Of a DNA stretch of 64,000 bases, positions 59,364-64,000 are shown piece after piece (the stretch's first letter is position 1; every line of letters starts with the position of its first letter). The stretch lies in NCBI RefSeq assembly GCF_988242995.1, contig NZ_OZ547043.1. One strand, written 5' to 3'. Below the pieces are notes generated by a model. That model did not search any database. It was not told the DNA's origin and saw only the letters and a program-made list of their open reading frames with translations. Position numbers and translations under genes: made by a program.

Positions 59364-60663
59364 TCTCCCGCATATTTCCAGCATGGCCTTTAATGAGCCG
59401 CTGATGCTTGAACCCGCCTATGCGCGGGTTTTCTTTTGTGCGCTTGCAGGCCAGCTTGGGATCAGCCGCCTGACGGATGCGGTGTCCGGCGACAGCCTGA
59501 CTGCCCAGGAGGCACCCGCGACGCTGGCATTATCCGGTGATGATGACGGACCACGACAGGCCCGCAGTTATCAGGTCATGAACGGCATCGCCGTGCTGCC
59601 GGTGTCCGGCACGCTGGTCAGCCGGACGCGGGCGCTGCAGCCGTACTCGGGGATGACCGGTTACAACGGCATTATCGCCCGTCTGCAACAGGCTGCCAGC
59701 GACCCGATGGTGGACGGCATTCTGCTCGATATGGACACGCCAGGCGGAATGGTGGCGGGGGCATTTGACTGCGCTGACATCATCGCCCGTGTGCGTGACA
59801 TAAAACCGGTATGGGCGCTGGCCAACGACATGAACTGCAGTGCAGGTCAGCTGCTTGCCAGTGCCGCCTCCCGGCGTCTGGTCACGCAGACCGCCCGGAC
59901 AGGCTCCATCGGCGTCATGATGGCTCACAGTAATTACGGTGCTGCCCTGGAGAAACAGGGCGTGGAAATCACGCTGATTTACAGCGGCAGCCATAAGGTG
60001 GATGGCAATCCTTACAGCCATCTTCCGGATGACGTCCGGGAGACACTGCAGTCCCGGATGGACGCAACCCGCCGGATGTTTGCGCAGAAGGTGTCGGCAT
60101 ATACCGGCCTGTCTGTGCAGGCTGTGCTGGATACCGAGGCTGCAGTGTACAGCGGTCAGGAGGCCATTGATGCCGGACTGGCTGATGAACTTGTTAACAG
60201 CACCGATGCGATCACCGTCATGCGTGATGCACTGGATGCACATAAATCCCGTCTCTCAGGAGGGCGAATGACCAAAGAGACTCAATCAACAACTGTTTCA
60301 GCCACCGCTTCGCAGGCTGACGTTACTGAGGTGGTGCCAGCGACGGAGGGCGAAAACGCCAGCGCGGCGCAGCCGGACGTGAACGCGCAGATCACCGCAG
60401 CGGTTGCGGCAGAAAACAGCCGCATTATGGGGATCCTCAACTGTGAGGAGGCTCACGGACGCGAAGAACAGGCGCGCGTTCTGGCAGAAACCCCCGGTAT
60501 GACCGTGGAAACGGCCCGCCGCATTCTGGCCGCAGCACCACAGAGTGCACAGGCGCGCAGTGACACTGCGCTGGATCGTCTGATGCAGGGGGCACCGGCA
60601 CCGCTGGCTGCAGGTAACCCGGCATCTGATGCCGTTAACGATTTGCTGAACACACCAGTGTAA
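59344..60663 (+). CDS. C: head maturation protease C, with in-frame nested scaffold Nu3
   Basis: 439 aa from GTG 59344 (VTAELRNLPHISSMAFNEPLML...); the track ORF from 59230 is an in-frame upstream extension overlapping B. Confidence 0.85.
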
Positions 60664-60672
60664 GGGATGTTT

Positions 60673-61005
60673 ATGACGAGCAAAGAAACCTTTACCCATT
60701 ACCAGCCGCTGGGCAACAGTGACCCGGCTCATACCGCAACCGCGCCCGGCGGATTGAGTGCGAAAGCGCCTGCAATGACCCCGCTGATGCTGGACACCTC
60801 CACCCGTAAGCTGGTTGCGTGGGATGGCACCACCGACGGTGCTGCCGTTGGCATTCTGGCGGTTGCTGCTGACCAGACCAGCACCACGCTGACGTTCTAC
60901 AAGTCCGGCACGTTCCGTTATGAGGATGTGCTCTGGCCGGAGGCTGCCAGCGACGAGACGAAAAAACGGACCGCGTTTGCCGGAACGGCAATCAGCATCG
61001 TTTAA
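60673..61005 (+). CDS. D: head decoration protein D
   Basis: 110 aa from Met [17 protein letters not shown]...; matches recalled lambda gpD. Confidence 0.85.
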   Translation: MTSKETFTHYQPLGNSDPAHTATAPGGLSAKAPAMTPLMLDTSTRKLVAWDGTTDGAAVGILAVAADQTSTTLTFYKSGTFRYEDVLWPEAASDETKKRTAFAGTAISIV

Positions 61006-61060
61006 CCTTACCCTTCATCACTAAAGGCCGCCTGTGCGGCTTTTTTTACGGGATTTTTTT

Positions 61061-61315
61061 ATGTCGATGTACACAACCGCCCAGCTGCTGGCGGCAAATG
61101 AGCAGAAATTTAAGTTTGATCCGCTGTTTCTGCGTCTCTTTTTCCGTGAGAGCTATCCCTTCACCACGGAGAAAGTCTATCTCTCACAAATTCCGGGGCT
61201 GGTAAACATGGCGCTGTACGTTTCGCCGATTGTTTCCGGTGAGGTTATCCGCTCCCGTGGCGGCTCCACCTCTGAATTTACGCCGGGATATGTCAAGCCG
61301 AAGCACTTAGCATGA
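61061..61315 (+). pseudogene. E: major capsid protein E, 5' fragment only
   Basis: 84 codons matching the recalled lambda gpE N-terminus (MSMYTTAQLLAANEQKFKFD...GYVKPKH), then an immediate stop; lambda gpE is about 341 aa. Confidence 0.8.
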
Positions 61316-61468
61316 CTTTCTGAGGCTTTCGTGTAGTTGCTGGTTTTTACACTTAATCTTTTGATAATAAAGAATAAGTTTATCTGGTGCTTTCACTGAA
61401 TTTTCCTCGTTATCTGTGTGTTGCAATCATCTCTGTATTGCAGCTTGTATTGCTTTTTGGGGCTAAAA

Positions 61469-62704
61469 ATGGCTGGCGAGAACAAACTGAGCGACAAAGC
61501 GCTTAAAGGATATCTGGGGAAACCCAGAGAAAAGCAGATCACCATTGCTGATGGAAAGGGGCTTTCTATTCGTGTGAGTACTAAAGGGGCTGTGAGCTTT
61601 GTTTTCTTCTACAGGTTAGCAGGTGGCCGGGCTGCTCCGGTCTGGCTAACGTTGGGTAAATATCCTGATATGTCACTCAAACAGGCAAGGGAAAAGCGCG
61701 ACGAGTGCCGTGGTTGGTTGGCTGACAAACGTGATCCGCGTATCCAGATTAAGATTCAGGCTGAAGAACGCTTAAAGCCGGTTACAGTGGAGGATGCACT
61801 AAATTACTGGTATGAAAATTACTGTAAGGTGCGTCGTAAAACTCATGCTGTAACGCTTGGCAGATTTCGAAAGCATATCTTTCCCTATATCGGTCATTTG
61901 CCCGTAAATGACACTCACCTATATGAATGGCTGGACTGTTTTGACCGAATTAAACGTAATGCACCAGTTATGGCGGCGTATGTTTTTTCTGACACTAAAT
62001 TAGCTCTTCGTTTTTGTCGGGTACGCCAGTACGCGACGTGTGATGCTTTAAAGGATTTGCGCATGAGTGATGTGGGGCAGATTGCAGGTAAGCGGGATCG
62101 GGTTCTGGATGAAGCCGAACTCGGCCAGCTCTGGAAGGCAATTTTTGTCGAGCCTGATTTAAAACTAATGTCTGAATACACGCGAAAAATGTTTGTGCTT
62201 TGTACAGTATTTGGATGTCGAATGAGTGAAGCCCGATTATCAGAATGGAGCGAATGGGATCTCGAAAGTTGGGTTTGGACTGTACCAAAAGATCACTCAA
62301 AAACTGGTGTTGAAATCGTCAGACCAGTACCTGAAATTCTACGACAGTGGGTAACGGATGTTCACGAAGAGACAAAACATACTGGTTATGTGCTGGGAAG
62401 TCTGCGAATTAGAGAAAGCGTAAGCAAGATTGGGGGGAAAATCGGTAAACGTTTGGGCCATGAAAAACAATGGTCACTACACGACCTTAGAAGAACGCTA
62501 TCTACTCATCTAAGTGATCTCGGTGTTGAATTTTATGTAGTAGAACAACTGTTAGGCCATGCGCTACCTGGCGTGGCAGGTGTTTACAACCGGAGTAAGT
62601 TTATGGCTAAAAAACTGGATGCTCTGGAACTCTGGACTACATATCTCAATAGCATCGCAGCTGCTGATTCAAAAGTGACAATCCTCAAACAAAAGGTTGG
62701 TTAA
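61469..62704 (+). CDS. P4-family tyrosine integrase
   Basis: 411 aa from ATG 61469; N-terminal integrase arm-binding-like region and C-terminal catalytic motifs (HDLRRT...GH...Y). Confidence 0.8.
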   Translation: MAGENKLSDKALKGYLGKPREKQITIADGKGLSIRVSTKGAVSFVFFYRLAGGRAAPVWLTLGKYPDMSLKQAREKRDECRGWLADKRDPRIQIKIQAEERLKPVTVEDALNYWYENYCKVRRKTHAVTLGRFRKHIFPYIGHLPVNDTHLYEWLDCFDRIKRNAPVMAAYVFSDTKLALRFCRVRQYATCDALKDLRMSDVGQIAGKRDRVLDEAELGQLWKAIFVEPDLKLMSEYTRKMFVLCTVFGCRMSEARLSEWSEWDLESWVWTVPKDHSKTGVEIVRPVPEILRQWVTDVHEETKHTGYVLGSLRIRESVSKIGGKIGKRLGHEKQWSLHDLRRTLSTHLSDLGVEFYVVEQLLGHALPGVAGVYNRSKFMAKKLDALELWTTYLNSIAAADSKVTILKQKVG

Positions 62705-62705
62705 C

Positions 62706-62933
62706 ATGAAAAAAATGGCAATTGTTGATAAAAAGGGTCTGGAGTACATTCCTAACATTGACCGAATGATCCGTGAGAAAGAATGTCGGGAGCTAACCAC
62801 TCTTGCGAACAGCACACGCTGGAAGCTGGAGAAGGAAGGAAAATTTCCTAAGCGGATCAAGATTGGTTCCACTGCTGTTGCATATCGTCTTTCAGAAGTG
62901 CAGGCATGGATTCGAGGTGAGTGGGTAGTTTAA
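62706..62933 (+). CDS. AlpA-family phage transcriptional regulator / excisionase-like protein
   Basis: 75-aa ORF with HTH (LANSTRWKLEKEGKFPKRIKIG...AYRLSEVQAWI) directly after int. Confidence 0.65.
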   Translation: MKKMAIVDKKGLEYIPNIDRMIREKECRELTTLANSTRWKLEKEGKFPKRIKIGSTAVAYRLSEVQAWIRGEWVV

Positions 62934-62960
62934 ATTATCTCAGAATAAAATATTATGAAT

Positions 62961-62992
62961 TACTGATTTGAGAATTTGTACTCAAATCAGTA
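62961..62992. terminator. bidirectional hairpin between the alpA-like gene and the convergent membrane-protein gene
   Basis: perfect 12-bp inverted repeat tactgatttgag / ctcaaatcagta around an 8-nt loop. Confidence 0.5.
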
Positions 62993-63002
62993 ATAACATT
63001 CT

Positions 63003-63539
63003 TTATAAGAGATTAAATCCAAATAAAGAGTAATCATATACCGGGGTGCATTGCATCCCACTGAATATGCTGATGTTTTTTTCTGTTTCTATCCTTTTTT
63101 CAATAAGTTGTTGTATATTTTTACAGTACAATTTGTGTGTGATGTTATTATCGTAAGCCTGATATAGCAACGTCAATGTTGATGCTATGAAACATGCAGA
63201 AAGAAAATGAACTAGTACATGTGAGCGTTTTTTGGTTGTCCATGATGCATTCGCTTGTGAAATATAAATCATTCTGAGAATGATAATGATGATAGACAGT
63301 AACAGACCACTCAATAAAATAAGTATTGGGTTTGCGTATTTAATTAATGGTTGAGAGCAAAAAACTATTATAGCTCCTGTGACTGCGTATGAGAAAAAGG
63401 AGTAATTAAACTTCTTACTCCTTCTCTCAAGTATTTTAATTTCATCTTGTGTGGGGGTTTTAGATGCCTCTAATATAAGTTTATTAAATGTTTCTGTTAT
63501 CTTGTTTTTTGTGTTTGTGGCTATTTTTTTTAGATTCAT
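63003..63539 (-). CDS. hypothetical AT-rich membrane protein with two predicted transmembrane helices
   Basis: 178-aa ORF with GGGAG RBS 6 nt upstream of the ATG; hydrophobic stretches AVTGAIIVFCSQPLI and ILILLSGLLLSIIIIILRMIYI; no recognised family. Confidence 0.5.
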   Translation of the reverse strand: MNLKKIATNTKNKITETFNKLILEASKTPTQDEIKILERRSKKFNYSFFSYAVTGAIIVFCSQPLIKYANPILILLSGLLLSIIIIILRMIYISQANASWTTKKRSHVLVHFLSACFIASTLTLLYQAYDNNITHKLYCKNIQQLIEKRIETEKNISIFSGMQCTPVYDYSLFGFNLL

Positions 63540-63889
63540 AGCATTCTAACTCCCTTAACTTATTTATTACTTTCTCTTTATGATAAGAGAGGGGAATGAC
63601 TTGGTAAAGTGATTTGTCATTAATAATGATAATCCTTGCGATAAATATTTCTGCAAGTTATTTACCTGTTTGTTGCTATCTTGTTAAGCGTTGGGTGTGG
63701 TTTATGTTTGGAGCGACTTTATTTAATCGTGATTTTATGGATTTATATTTATATCCTGTAAGATAAGCGCATGTTAGTTCAGGAGTAGTGTCAGATAAAA
63801 TTATTCGGAGTAGAACTACCTTTTCTGTTTATTGCCAGTATTTACATAGCAATGCGCCGTAGTTACTCACATCACGGCGCTGATACTAA

Positions 63890-64000
63890 TTATTCAGATT
63901 CTTTGGCTTTACGCCGCTGGAGTTCTTCACGAGCGACGGCTACGAGTTGCCCGATTTCCTCCGCTGCCTTGATACCGATTTGTTCGACCTTAGCTAAGGC
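63890..64000 (-). CDS. 3' end of an unidentified gene running off the window
   Basis: minus-strand frame encodes ...ALAKVEQIGIKAAEEIGQLVAVAREELQRRKAKESE then a stop at 63890-63892; higher GC than the surrounding AT-rich DNA. Confidence 0.3.
   Translation of the reverse strand, partial: ALAKVEQIGIKAAEEIGQLVAVAREELQRRKAKESE

Larger units (their letters stand above)
61306..64000. mobile_element. integrase-bearing element abutting truncated E (P4-like or island-like), extends beyond the window
   Basis: int and alpA-like genes followed by AT-rich cargo; no tRNA or attachment site identified within the window. Confidence 0.4.

Overview
This window reads as Escherichia coli chromosome, with gene names assigned from recalled protein sequences rather than any database search. 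Positions 1-34.6 kb hold the allantoin/glyoxylate utilisation cluster (allS, allA, allR, gcl, hyi, glxR, ybbW, allB, ybbY, glxK, allE, allC, allD, fdrA, ylbE, ylbF, ybcF), an IS150 insertion, then purK-purE, lpxH, ppiB, cysS, ybcI, ybcJ, folD, the sfmACDHF fimbrial operon and fimZ. tRNA-Arg (argU) at 34814-34890 marks the attachment site of a mosaic lambdoid prophage (~34.9-61.3 kb). The prophage has a DLP12-type integrase, lambda-like exo/bet/gam, a non-lambda immunity region, lambda-like O/P with ori iterons, a nin-region ybcN-ninE-ybcO-rusA-ylcG-Q module, S/R/Rz/Rz1 lysis genes, bor, a lambda cos site and Nu1-A-W-B-C-D head genes. It carries two cargo (moron) loci: a 1302-aa intimin/invasin-family adhesin between P and ybcN, and a lipocalin / DUF523-DUF1722 / AraC-family trio between Q and the holin. 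The major capsid gene E is cut off after about 84 codons, and is followed by a P4-family integrase, an AlpA-like regulator and an AT-rich membrane-protein gene that run off the window. No CRISPR array or rRNA was seen. The most unusual material is the two moron loci, the E truncation with the adjoining integrase element, and an unassigned 136-aa gene where lambda N would sit.
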